Counted from the stretch's first letter, positions 1 to 9,618 are shown. The stretch is 64,000 nt of DNA from an uncultured delta proteobacterium (GCA_963815115.1 CAWFFN010000007.1:992001-1056000), one strand, 5' to 3'. Translations and numbers: made by a program. Notes: generated from the letters alone by a model not told the origin.

Positions 1-744
1 GATCTGCGCGTCACTCAGGTTGCGCCAGTGCGGCCGCACCGCGGCCACGCCCGTATGGCTGACCAGGAGCGGCTGGCTGCGGTCGTGCACCGCGACGGCG
101 TCGAAGAACGCGCGCTCGTGGATGTGCGCCAGATCGACGAAGGTGCGCCGGGCGTTGAGCTGCGCCACCGCCTCGCGCCCCGCGTCGGTGAGCCCCTTCT
201 CTGCGCGCGCGGCGCCCAGCGGGCTCGAGGTGGCGCCGTAGACGGCGTTGGTCAGGTGGACGAGCGTCGCGCGCACCACGCCGTCGTCGGGCAACGACAG
301 CACGCCATCCGGTGCCGCCTCGAGCGCGTTCAGCCCCTGGATGGCGAGCAGGCACGCATGAGCCCCGCGCGCGCGTGCCTCGCGATATCCTTGCGGCGTC
401 CGCACCTCGGCGAGGCGTCCCCCGGAGCGGGCGATGAGCCCGCGCAGCCGCGCCAGGTTTCGCTGGAACACGCGCCAGCGCGCGCGTGGCGTACGGAGCG
501 GGTTGGTGGTGATCGACCACATCGCCCCGTCCAGGCCGCCGTCGATCATGCGGGGCACGTCGAGATGCCCGAAGAAGAAGCGTCCCAGCGGTCCGCCGCG
601 GTGACGCGCCAGCGGGTCATAGCGCCACAACCGGGACGGGATCAAGGTATCGACGTGCAGATCGATCAACTCGCAGCGTCGGGCAAGCTGCACGGCGTCA
701 AGCGAGCAGCCAATCGCCCTGGCGTGGACCGCCTCGTCGGTCAC
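1..744 (-). CDS. Membrane dipeptidase, peptidase M19 family (3' end runs off the window)
   Basis: Not in the ORF track; translated by hand from GTG744: ...ELIDLHVDTL... (HxD metal motif), GHLDVPRMIDGGL, KGLTDAGREAVAQLN..FVDLAH, LVSHTG..HWRNLSDAQI, all typical of M19. Confidence 0.85.
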   Translation of the reverse strand, partial: MTDEAVHARAIGCSLDAVQLARRCELIDLHVDTLIPSRLWRYDPLARHRGGPLGRFFFGHLDVPRMIDGGLDGAMWSITTNPLRTPRARWRVFQRNLARLRGLIARSGGRLAEVRTPQGYREARARGAHACLLAIQGLNALEAAPDGVLSLPDDGVVRATLVHLTNAVYGATSSPLGAARAEKGLTDAGREAVAQLNARRTFVDLAHIHERAFFDAVAVHDRSQPLLVSHTGVAAVRPHWRNLSDAQI

Positions 745-916
745 GTCGTGGAGCGGTCCTCGTGCGCCCTCGCCACGCCCCTCCGACCTTCGCCCGATTG
801 CCATCGCGGCCGGCATTCTGTATTCCGCCCGAACTCGCAACAAGAAATCTCCTCGCGGCACGAGACCATCGCCGGCGGCCTGCGCGTCCGGCGGTCGCGA
901 GGGGGAAAGGTACACC

Positions 917-1840
917 ATGCAATACGTCGGCCCGCGGACGTCGGTCCAGGGGCCGCGCGGATGTGTGTCCGCGCGGCTCGCCCTGACATTTCTGACCCTC
1001 GTCATGCTGCCGACCGAGAGCTGGGCGCTCGGCGCCCGCCTCAGCTGGCAACCGTCCCCGGACTCGCGGGTGACGGGCTATTTCCTCTACGTCCGCCAGG
1101 CCACCATGCCCTACGGCGTCGCCGTCGATGCCGGGGCACCGCACCCCGGGGCCGATGGCACGCTCGCGTACGACGTGTCCGGGCTCTCGGAGAACCAGGT
1201 CTACTTCGTCGCCCTCACCGCCTACACCGCCACACACCTCGAGAGCGGCCTGTCCAACGAGCTGCCGATCGGGACACCGAACCCCTGCGTGCAGGACGCG
1301 TGCGTCAGCAAGACGCAGTGCTCCGTGGTGAAGCTCCCGGACGGCACCGCATGTGGCGGCCCGGGCGGCGCGCTGTGCGGCGCCAGCTGCCTGGCGGGAA
1401 GCTGCGCCGGCATCTCGCCGCACGCGTTCACCCTGGACGGCATGCGCCTCCGCCTGTCCGGCAACGAGCTCCGCGTCACCGCGAGCGGACGGTTCACCTC
1501 GTCCCCGTCCTTCGATCCCGCCGCCGACGGCCTCGAGCTCACCGTCACCGATGATGCCGGCACGTCGCTCGCCCAGGTGACGCTCCCCGCCGGCGCGTTC
1601 GTCGGCAGCCCCGATGGCAGCTCCATCAAGCTCGTGCGCCAGAAGGGCAACCAGGGACCGGTGCGGCGGCTCCTCTTCCGCACCAAGGGCGGCGAGACGC
1701 GCTGGAAGCTCCGACTCTCGGGGGCGCCCCCTGCGGGTCTGCCGAGCGCCGGCGCCGTCACCCTCGAGAGCGGCAGCGCCTGCCTGGCGAGCTCCGTCCT
1801 GGCCTGCAGGGTACGCGCCGCGTCGGCCTCCTGTCGCTGA
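917..1840 (+). CDS. Secreted protein: FN3-like domain, Cys-rich repeat and C-terminal beta domain
   Basis: Signal-like hydrophobic stretch (LALTFLTLVMLPTESWA); FN3 signature LSWQP..VTGY.LY..GLSENQVYFVALTAY..ESGLSNE; Cys repeat NPCVQDAC..LPDGTAC; basic C-terminal domain ending SCR. Confidence 0.75.
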   Translation: MQYVGPRTSVQGPRGCVSARLALTFLTLVMLPTESWALGARLSWQPSPDSRVTGYFLYVRQATMPYGVAVDAGAPHPGADGTLAYDVSGLSENQVYFVALTAYTATHLESGLSNELPIGTPNPCVQDACVSKTQCSVVKLPDGTACGGPGGALCGASCLAGSCAGISPHAFTLDGMRLRLSGNELRVTASGRFTSSPSFDPAADGLELTVTDDAGTSLAQVTLPAGAFVGSPDGSSIKLVRQKGNQGPVRRLLFRTKGGETRWKLRLSGAPPAGLPSAGAVTLESGSACLASSVLACRVRAASASCR

Positions 1841-1858
1841 CCGGCACCCGGTTCCGGG

Positions 1859-4009
1859 TCAGCCCGCGGCGGCCACCGGCGCGGCGTCGATCGCGAGCCA
1901 GGGCGGGTCGGCCTCGCCCTCGGAGCCGCTGAAGACGAACGTGTCGTCTTCCCGCGAGAAGCCGTTCGACGGCAGGAAGTCGTGGCAGGGCGCATTGTGC
2001 GGCGTCACGACGAGGCGCGTGAGGAGCGCTTCGCCGTTTCGCCTCAGCACGCGCTTGATGTGGTTCATGACGGCGCGCTCGATGCCGTAGCCGAACACGC
2101 GGCAGCTCAGGACGAACACGGGAATCTCCATCCCGCGGGCGGTCCGCCGGGCCACCGCGATGCAGACGGTGCCGTTCGAGCCGAACCGGTCCGACGCGGA
2201 CGCGAGCAGGATCGTCGTCGCCGGGTCCTCGTGCCAGCCCTTGACCTCGGCGAACGTCGTCCGGCTGGCCTGCAGGTTGAACTGGTTGGTGCGGTTGACC
2301 AGCTCCGCGACGCGCTTCAGATCGGCGGCGTCGGCCTCCCGGATCTGGACCCGGAGCTCGAGATTGGCCAGCAACTCCCGCTCGTCCTCGGCCGAGGCGC
2401 GCGTCAGCAGCTCACTTCGCTGATGGTACTGGCGGTACATCTCCGTGCGGTCCGTTCCGCCCGACTCGAGTAGACCGGCCCACAGCTCGAGCCGGCGCCA
2501 CGCCCGCTCGGACGTGGCGTCCAGGGTGACGATGCCGGGGACGCCCTGCGCCACCATCGCCCGCTCGTCCGGGCGATCGTCGATGAAGACGAAATCCTTC
2601 GCCTTCAGGTTGAGGCTCTCGGCGATCCGCTTCGTGTTGCGCACCTTCGAGTCCCAGTTGATCTCGCGGTGGACGAAGTCGTCCTCCCGGAGCAGCCCGC
2701 CGGCGAAGTGGACCTTGTCGGGGTCGTTCTTCGAGTTGACCGCCAGCACCACCCCCTTCCGCTTGAGCGCGACGAGCACGCGCTGCCGGTCCAGGTGGTG
2801 TCGCACCGCACCTTCGCCGATCACGCCATCCCAGAGCGTGTTGTCGAGATCGCACACCACGAGCTTCTTCTTCATCAGGTCGAGCACGACCGCGACGACG
2901 TCCACGTAGACGTCGGCCAGCAGGCGCCCGAGCATCGCCGGATGCTGGTACTCGGCGGCGTGCAGATAGCGGCCGAGGCGGGCCTCGCCGTGGGCACGGA
3001 TCCAGGAGGTCTCGTCGAGGACGTGCAGATGCTCGAAGGTCTCCCGGTTGAGCGTCTCGACCGCGGCCGCCACCTGCCGGTTCAGGACGGCGGCCAGGCG
3101 GCGGCGGCCCGGCGAGGTCGCGATCCGTCGCAGCGTACTGCGCGCGGATCCGTCCGAGCGGATCACCTGGGCCGTGTTGTGCACGATCACCGGACACTCG
3201 AAGCGCTCGGCGAGCAGGGCCAGCGTCGGCATCACCTGCGCGAAGGCTTCGCTCCCCACGGCCCGTGCCTGCCACGGTCCCGACGCGGCGGCGCGAAGAT
3301 GGTGGAGCGGCTCGAGGGAGGGCACGAACTCGTAGGTGAACGGGCTGTAGAACACCGCGTGGTACTGCGCCGGATCGAGTGCACCGATCTCGCGGCGAAG
3401 CTGGGCCGGGTTCTTCGAGGTGGCGAAGGTGGGGACGAGCGTGATGCCTTCCGCCGCCAGCGCCGGCTGGGCGAACGTGACGATGTCGAGATACAGACAG
3501 TCGCCGACCAGGAGGACGCGCGCCTCGCGCTCCCCTTCGGCGAGCACCGCGGCGTAGGCACGCTCCAGGACGTCGTCCAGGGCGGCCTTCTCGGCCGCGT
3601 CGAGCTGGACGTCCAGGACGTCGTGGAAGACCCGCTTCTCGTCCTCGACGACGCGCTTGCGGAACGCGCTGCGCTCGGCGCCCTGGAGGGGGTCGTAGTG
3701 CAGCTGCTTGAGCTTCTCTCCGGTGAAGAGGTGCTCGTAGAGCGCGTCGCCGGTCTCGAATCGGAGCGCCAGGTAGTCGACCAGGGGTCGCTTCTCGGCG
3801 TCCAGCACGAATTCCACCCCCCCTTCGGCCACCATCCTCGTCGTGCGTTCCCACTCCGCCACGACGTCGTAGAGCCGCTCGCTCAGTCGCTCCCGGTTGT
3901 CGGCCAGGGCGCGCGCGAGGCGAGGCCTGGCGACGACGCCTGCGGATCCGCCGCCGCGGCCGTCACGGATCCCTTGTGAGCGACAGGAAAGCGTGGCCAT
4001 CCGCTGCAA
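1859..4009 (-). CDS. FkbH-like HAD-IIIC glyceryl-transferase with extra N-terminal helical and SGNH-like domains (start uncertain)
   Basis: CDLDNTLWDGVIGEG, NSKND, FVFIDDRPDER, RTNQFN, DRFGSNG and LSCRV motifs. Confidence 0.9.
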   Translation of the reverse strand: MQRMATLSCRSQGIRDGRGGGSAGVVARPRLARALADNRERLSERLYDVVAEWERTTRMVAEGGVEFVLDAEKRPLVDYLALRFETGDALYEHLFTGEKLKQLHYDPLQGAERSAFRKRVVEDEKRVFHDVLDVQLDAAEKAALDDVLERAYAAVLAEGEREARVLLVGDCLYLDIVTFAQPALAAEGITLVPTFATSKNPAQLRREIGALDPAQYHAVFYSPFTYEFVPSLEPLHHLRAAASGPWQARAVGSEAFAQVMPTLALLAERFECPVIVHNTAQVIRSDGSARSTLRRIATSPGRRRLAAVLNRQVAAAVETLNRETFEHLHVLDETSWIRAHGEARLGRYLHAAEYQHPAMLGRLLADVYVDVVAVVLDLMKKKLVVCDLDNTLWDGVIGEGAVRHHLDRQRVLVALKRKGVVLAVNSKNDPDKVHFAGGLLREDDFVHREINWDSKVRNTKRIAESLNLKAKDFVFIDDRPDERAMVAQGVPGIVTLDATSERAWRRLELWAGLLESGGTDRTEMYRQYHQRSELLTRASAEDERELLANLELRVQIREADAADLKRVAELVNRTNQFNLQASRTTFAEVKGWHEDPATTILLASASDRFGSNGTVCIAVARRTARGMEIPVFVLSCRVFGYGIERAVMNHIKRVLRRNGEALLTRLVVTPHNAPCHDFLPSNGFSREDDTFVFSGSEGEADPPWLAIDAAPVAAAG

Positions 4010-4102
4010 CCCTAAAGGACGAACTCTAGCACGGGAATGGGTCGGCGGCCCGCGGGCCCCGCGAGTGCACGTGCCGGGGCCGAGCCTGTATCATCGCCGC
4101 CG

Positions 4103-5377
4103 GTGTATCCGTCGGTTCGAGACCATGGACCACCCGGCGCGCTCGAGCCGGTACTCGTGGCAGCCCAGCCGCGCTGGGGGGCCGTCAGCCGCAACGTCGT
4201 CCTGCTCGGACTCACCAGCCTGCTCACGGACATCTCCTCGGAGTCGTTGAGTGCGGTGCTCCCGCTGTACTTCATGTTCGAGCTCGGCATGACGCCGCTG
4301 CAGTTCGGGCTGCTCGACGGCCTGTACCAGGGCTCCAGCGCGCTCGTCCGGGTCGCCGGCGGCCTCGTGGCGGATGCCGGCAGCCGCTACAAGCCGGTCG
4401 CGCTGGTCGGCTACGCCCTGTCGGCGTTCTGCAAGCTCGGCCTCCTCGTCGTGGGGTCGGCCTGGGCTCCGATCGCCTCCCTGCTGATGATCGACCGGCT
4501 CGGCAAGGGACTCCGGACCGCGCCGCGTGACGCCCTGATCACCCTCAGCAGCGAGCCGTCGCGTCTCGGCGAGGCGTTCGGCGCCCATCGGGCCATGGAC
4601 ACCGTCGGGGCGGTGCTGGGACCCATCCTCGCCGTGCTGGTGCTGGCAGCGGCGCCGGGGGCCTACGACGCGGTGTTCGTCATCAGCTTCGCCGTCGCCC
4701 TGGTCGGTCTCGCGGTCCTCGCCCTCTTCGTCGAGAACCGGAGCGATCCGCATGCCCTCGCGACGCCCGGGCCGCGGCCGCACGTCCGCCTGCGCGCCGC
4801 CTTCGCCAGCCGGCGCTTTCGCGCTCTGGTGGTCGCGGGTGGAATCCTCGGTCTGCTGACCGCCAGCGACGCGCTGATCTACCTCTTGCTGCAACGACGC
4901 GGCGCCGTCCCGATCACGCTCTTTCCCCTGTTGTTCGTGGGCACGGCCGTGGTGTATCTGCTGCTCGCGCTGCCCGTCGGACGTCTGGCGGACCGCTGGG
5001 GGCGCCACCGGGTGTTTCTCGCCGGCCATGGACTGGTGCTCGGCATCTACGTGCTCCTGCTCACCTCCACCCTGCCCGCCACGGGAATCGCGGCGTGCGT
5101 CGGGTTGCTCGGGGCGTACTACGCCGCGACCGACGGCGTCTTGTCGGCGCTCGCCAGCAGCGTGCTCGAGAAGGAACAGCTCACCACCGGCCTGGCGGTC
5201 GTCAGCACCACGACGGCGGTGGCGCGGCTGCTGGCATCGTCGCTCTTCGGCGCCGTGTGGAGCTGGCGGGGACCGACCGATGCTCTCGCGGCCTTCGGCG
5301 GGGGACTCCTCGTCGCCGCCGTCATCGCAGCCGGCCTGCTACGCGTGAGCCGCCCGTGGGTGGCCGCTCCGGAGTGA
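4103..5377 (+). CDS. MFS transporter
   Basis: About 12 hydrophobic segments; TDISSE, DRLGKGLRTAPRDALI, GRLADRWGRHR. Start placed at GTG4103; the track ORF starts at 4037. Confidence 0.9.
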   Translation: MYPSVRDHGPPGALEPVLVAAQPRWGAVSRNVVLLGLTSLLTDISSESLSAVLPLYFMFELGMTPLQFGLLDGLYQGSSALVRVAGGLVADAGSRYKPVALVGYALSAFCKLGLLVVGSAWAPIASLLMIDRLGKGLRTAPRDALITLSSEPSRLGEAFGAHRAMDTVGAVLGPILAVLVLAAAPGAYDAVFVISFAVALVGLAVLALFVENRSDPHALATPGPRPHVRLRAAFASRRFRALVVAGGILGLLTASDALIYLLLQRRGAVPITLFPLLFVGTAVVYLLLALPVGRLADRWGRHRVFLAGHGLVLGIYVLLLTSTLPATGIAACVGLLGAYYAATDGVLSALASSVLEKEQLTTGLAVVSTTTAVARLLASSLFGAVWSWRGPTDALAAFGGGLLVAAVIAAGLLRVSRPWVAAPE

Positions 5378-6429
5378 CCCTCGTGTCCCGTCGCGTCCTG
5401 CTCTTCGTCGTGATCGCGGTCTGCTGCGTCGGCGGCGCCGGCGCGTACCTCCTGCACGCCGCCCGGCGGTCGGCCCTGCCAGCCGTCCAGCCGCAGCGGT
5501 CGGACGGCGCGGGACGTCCGCTCGCGCCCGGGGAATCCCCGCCGTCCGGTCCGCTGGTCGTCTTCCGACACACCTCGACCGACCAGTACAATGGCGTGCT
5601 GGGCGTCTCGCCGCTCGCCGACCCCAGCGCTCCGCGCTTCGTGGACGGACTCCGCTGCGAGCGCGTGCACATGGCCGCGGGCAAGGGCGTCTGCTTGGTG
5701 GCCAACCGGGGCGTCTTCACCACCTACCGCGCCGTGCTCTTCGACCAGAGCTTCAAACCGCGCGGCGAGCTTCCGCTGGCGGGCGTTCCCAGCCGGGTCC
5801 AGGTCGCGCCCGACGGAAGGCTGGCCGGCACCACCGTGTTCGTCAGCGGTCACTCCTACTCGGACGGCGGCTTCTCGACCCGCACCTCGATCGCCGACCT
5901 CGATACGGGCAAGTGGCTGGTCGAGGATCTGGAGACGTTCACCGTACGCCGCAAGGGCCAGCAGATCCAGTCACCCGACTTCAACTTCTGGGGCGTCACC
6001 TTCCGGTCGGACGGCCGCACCTTCTACGCCACGCTCGGCACGGGCGCCGAGACGTTGCTGGTCAAGGGCGACGTCGACGCGCGCGTCATGGACGTGATCG
6101 AGGAGAGCGTCGAGTGCCCCTCGCTGTCACCCGACGGCCGGCGCGTGGCCTTCAAGCAACGCAGCGGCGGCGTCACCGGTCCGGTGACGTGGCGCCTCTG
6201 GGTGCTCGAGCTCGACACCGGCAAGCGGCATCCGCTCGCGGAGACGCGCAACGTGGACGATCAGGCACAGTGGCTCGACGACGGGCACGTACTCTACGCC
6301 ATCCCCGCCGGAGCCGACCGCCCGACCGTCATGGACGTGTGGGCGGTGCCTGCAGACGGCGCCGGAGAGCCCCGCCTGTTCCTCCCGGGGGCCTATTCCG
6401 CGGCCGTCGAGCGGGCAGCCCGCGGATAG
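5374..6429 (+). CDS. Membrane-anchored TolB-like (PD40) beta-propeller protein
   Basis: GTGA overlap with the MFS stop; N-terminal TM helix; propeller-type motifs APDGR, RSDGRTFY, CPSLSPDGRRVAFK. Confidence 0.8.
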   Translation: MTLVSRRVLLFVVIAVCCVGGAGAYLLHAARRSALPAVQPQRSDGAGRPLAPGESPPSGPLVVFRHTSTDQYNGVLGVSPLADPSAPRFVDGLRCERVHMAAGKGVCLVANRGVFTTYRAVLFDQSFKPRGELPLAGVPSRVQVAPDGRLAGTTVFVSGHSYSDGGFSTRTSIADLDTGKWLVEDLETFTVRRKGQQIQSPDFNFWGVTFRSDGRTFYATLGTGAETLLVKGDVDARVMDVIEESVECPSLSPDGRRVAFKQRSGGVTGPVTWRLWVLELDTGKRHPLAETRNVDDQAQWLDDGHVLYAIPAGADRPTVMDVWAVPADGAGEPRLFLPGAYSAAVERAARG

Positions 6430-6441
6430 AACCCGGCCTGG

Positions 6442-9400
6442 TCAGGGGCAGACCAGACCGCTGCGCAGGGCCTTCACGTCCGCGACTCTCGCCTGGAGCA
6501 GCTGGGTGAACTCGGCCGCGATCTGCGGCGAGATCTGCTTCCGGCCGTTGCGGGAGCGAACCTTGGCGACCGTCGCCAGCAACCGGTGCCCGGCCGAGCG
6601 TAGTGCCGCGCGCGCCCGCGGAAGCCGGCCGGCGCCACAGAGCGAAGCCGACCGGTGTACGTCGTCCTGCGCCCGATCGATCCGCTTCCCGATTCCGGAG
6701 GCGAGACCCCCGAGCTGCGACGAGGCCTCTTCGGCCCGCCCATGGAGCGCGTCGATGCGGCAGACCACGCCGTCCATGCTGACCGCGGGGTCACATCCCG
6801 GAGGCAGCGTCGTGCTCGTGGTGCTGGTGGTGGGGACGGTCGTCGACGAGGTCGTGGTCGAGGAGGTGGTCGAGGTCGTGGTCGAGCTCGTCGCGGGATT
6901 CGTGCTGGTCGACGTCGTCGGCGGGACGGTCTCCGTCGTGCTGGTCGTCGTCGAGCTGGTCGGCGGCTCGGTCGAGCTGGTCGTCGATTCCGTCGTGCTC
7001 GTCGTGGTGGTCCCGGCCACGATGGTCGTCGTCGTCGAGGCGGTCGTGGTCGAGGTGCCCGGCTCCGTCGTGCTCGTGGTGGTGGTCGACGTAGTCGTGC
7101 TTGCCGGGATGGTCGTCGTGGGACCGTCCGCGAAGACGGCCGTGTACGTGGTGTCGGCGTCGGGGGTGGTGATCGTGTGGAACTGGACGCCGGCATCCGA
7201 CCAGCTGTCGAACGTCAGCGGGCCCTGCGGAGACGGCGCCCCGACGACCCGCTTGACGCCCACCACGCCCGTGAGCTGCGCGGGCGCCGTCACCGGCTGC
7301 CCGTCGAGGTTGAGCTGCAGGCCCGGCGGGCTGCTGTCGAGGCGGAGCGTCGCGAGACGCGGCTGGATGGACACCGAGGCGACCCCGGTGAGTCCGAAGG
7401 AGTCGGTGGCGCGCAGGACGATCTCGTAGCTGACGTTCGGAGAGGTCTCGCCCGAGTCGTTCGTCTCGAACTGGAGTGACGGCCCGGTCTGCCCGCTCAG
7501 GAAAGGGTGGTAGTGCGTGTCATGGTGGAATCGCACCTCCCACTGGAGAGCCGAATCGGACACGGCGCCGTCGTGGGCGTCGCTCGCGCTTCCGGCAACC
7601 TGGATGGTCTCCCCGCCCGAGAACAACGAGCCGTCGACGGGCTGGCTGATCGTCACGACGGGCGGCGTCCCGACGGTGATGGGCAGTCGTACGCTGTCGG
7701 AACCCTGCGTGTCGCTCACCGTGAGGGTGGCGGTGTAGAGCCCCTGGGCCGGGTAGCCGTGCAAGGGTGCCGCGTCTTCCGACGTCGGGGTGCCGTCGCC
7801 GAAGTCCCACAGGACCTGCAGCGGGTCGTCGTCGGCGGCAAACACCACGTCGACGAAGTAGTTCAACGAACGATAGGAGTCCGAGGGAAAGGTGCTGGTG
7901 CTGCCGTAGCCGAAGACGCCGTTGTTGCCCGATACTCCCGTCGCCAGCGCGTGCAGCGGTGGAGCATCCACTCCCTGATTCGCGAAGTAGTCGAGCTCGC
8001 CGCTGAAGTGTCCGTTCGGGCTGAAGTACGACGCCACGTAGACGGTGTTCGGCACGATCGCCACCGGCGTCGCGAAGCTCACCTCTTGCCAGCCGGAATC
8101 GCTCTCCGCGGTGAAGGTCGCCGTCGCCAGCAGGGTGCCGGCGCTCGACCACAGGTTCCCGACGTGCGTGCCCGTGTTGGCCGGGCCCTTGTAGAAGCGG
8201 ATGCCCGTCACGAATCCCGGCACATCGGACCTGAACTTGACCCCGAGCTCCACCGCGTCGGTGTCGCCGCCGTCCACGATCGCCGGCACCGTGGTCGCGG
8301 GCCAGATCGACTCGAGGCCGCTGATGCTCGGAACGTGGGACGATCCGGAGCTGGAGAACTGCACCGCGAGCGGCGGCGCGCCCTGCGACGGCGTCGCCGT
8401 GGCGCGCGCCACCGGCGGCGTGTTCGACCCGGTCGTCGCGATGCGGTGCACCTCGCCCGCGATGACGTCGGGGTAGTAGAGCGACCCGTCCGGCCCCGCG
8501 ATCAGGTCGGTGTTGCCCTGCAGGTTGGTGGCAAAGGGGATCGCCGGCCCGGAGGCGGTGACGCCGTCGGCGGCGAGGACCACCCGGCGGATGAAGCCCA
8601 CGACGTAGTCCCCGAAGAAGTAGCTCTGCTGGTAGTCTCCCGGGAAGTTCGTTTCGGAGCCGAAGTCGCCGCCGGTGATGGCGGCGCTGCCCTTGGGAAA
8701 ACCGACGTGACTGTACGTGAAGATGGGCTGAGTGAACTGCGGGAAGGTCGCGGAATTGAAGGTACCCTCGGTCGTGGGCCAGCCGTAGTTCTTCTTCTCC
8801 AGGACCCAGTCGACCTCTTCCCAGCTGTTCTCTCCCACGTCGCCGCAGAAGAGCCGGCCGTCGGGATGGAACCTGCAGCGCCAGGGGTTGCGGAAGCCGA
8901 GTGCCCACACCTCGGGTCGCGCGTCGAAGAGACCGACGAACGGGTTGTCGAAAGGCACGGTACCGTCGGAGTTCAGGCGGAGGATCTTGCCGTTGAGCGA
9001 GTCCGGGTCCTGCGCCTTCGTGTGGATCGCTCCGCCGTCTCCGACGGCGACGTAGAGCTTGCCGTCCTGCGGCCCGAAGCCGATCCAGCCGCCGTTGTGG
9101 TTGCCGGCGTCCGAGTCGATGTCGTCGAGGAGCACGACGTGGCTGGTCGGGTCCGCGACGTCCGGATTGCCCTGGTATCCGGCGGTCACGCGAGCGACGC
9201 GGTTCTTGGCGGTCTGGCACTGAGGCGTGCCGGGAACCTTGCACACCGAGTAGTAGAGGTAGACGAAGGAGTTGAGCGCGAAGTCCGGATCGAAGGCAAC
9301 GCCGAGCAGCCCTCGCTCGAGGAAGTCGTCGAAGGTCACCGACGGCTCGACCAGCTGCCTGACGTCGAGGAACGGCGTGCCGAGAAGCACCCCGTCCTTC

Positions 9401-9618
9401 ACGACGCGAAGCTGGCCCGTCTGCTGCGCGATGAACAGCCGCCCGTCGGGAGCGAAGGTGAGACCCACGGGCTGCGAGAGGCCGAAGGCGATGGTGGTGT
9501 CCTGGAACCCCGGCGGCACGTCGGCGAGCGCCCAGGCGCCCGAGAGCAGACATGCTGCGGCGGCGAGGACCGCGACGCGAATCCCCGGAATGCGGTGTTT
9601 GCGAGGTGCGATATTCAT
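6442..9618 (-). CDS. Secreted PQQ-dependent sugar dehydrogenase (GSDH)-PKD-DUF4082-Ig protein with Thr/Ser-rich linker and helical C-terminal domain
   Basis: Signal peptide; ERGLLGVAFDPDF, HNGG, GKILRL, GFRNPWR, GDVGE (GSDH); WDFGDG (PKD); [17 protein letters not shown] (DUF4082); about 100-aa T/S tract. Confidence 0.9.
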   Translation of the reverse strand: MNIAPRKHRIPGIRVAVLAAAACLLSGAWALADVPPGFQDTTIAFGLSQPVGLTFAPDGRLFIAQQTGQLRVVKDGVLLGTPFLDVRQLVEPSVTFDDFLERGLLGVAFDPDFALNSFVYLYYSVCKVPGTPQCQTAKNRVARVTAGYQGNPDVADPTSHVVLLDDIDSDAGNHNGGWIGFGPQDGKLYVAVGDGGAIHTKAQDPDSLNGKILRLNSDGTVPFDNPFVGLFDARPEVWALGFRNPWRCRFHPDGRLFCGDVGENSWEEVDWVLEKKNYGWPTTEGTFNSATFPQFTQPIFTYSHVGFPKGSAAITGGDFGSETNFPGDYQQSYFFGDYVVGFIRRVVLAADGVTASGPAIPFATNLQGNTDLIAGPDGSLYYPDVIAGEVHRIATTGSNTPPVARATATPSQGAPPLAVQFSSSGSSHVPSISGLESIWPATTVPAIVDGGDTDAVELGVKFRSDVPGFVTGIRFYKGPANTGTHVGNLWSSAGTLLATATFTAESDSGWQEVSFATPVAIVPNTVYVASYFSPNGHFSGELDYFANQGVDAPPLHALATGVSGNNGVFGYGSTSTFPSDSYRSLNYFVDVVFAADDDPLQVLWDFGDGTPTSEDAAPLHGYPAQGLYTATLTVSDTQGSDSVRLPITVGTPPVVTISQPVDGSLFSGGETIQVAGSASDAHDGAVSDSALQWEVRFHHDTHYHPFLSGQTGPSLQFETNDSGETSPNVSYEIVLRATDSFGLTGVASVSIQPRLATLRLDSSPPGLQLNLDGQPVTAPAQLTGVVGVKRVVGAPSPQGPLTFDSWSDAGVQFHTITTPDADTTYTAVFADGPTTTIPASTTTSTTTTSTTEPGTSTTTASTTTTIVAGTTTTSTTESTTSSTEPPTSSTTTSTTETVPPTTSTSTNPATSSTTTSTTSSTTTSSTTVPTTSTTSTTLPPGCDPAVSMDGVVCRIDALHGRAEEASSQLGGLASGIGKRIDRAQDDVHRSASLCGAGRLPRARAALRSAGHRLLATVAKVRSRNGRKQISPQIAAEFTQLLQARVADVKALRSGLVCP
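6805..7120 (-). repeat. Low-complexity Thr/Ser/Pro codon repeat (mucin-like linker)
   Basis: Runs of gtcgtg/gtggtc on the + strand encode PASTTTSTTTTSTTEPGTSTTT...TTSTTSTTLPP. Confidence 0.85.

Noticed and set aside
3930-3975. Possible frameshift at the 5' end of the first FkbH gene (out-of-frame GTG after an AAGGGA element)
   Set aside because: An in-frame ATG exists at 4000, and the question cannot be settled without homolog alignment or reads.
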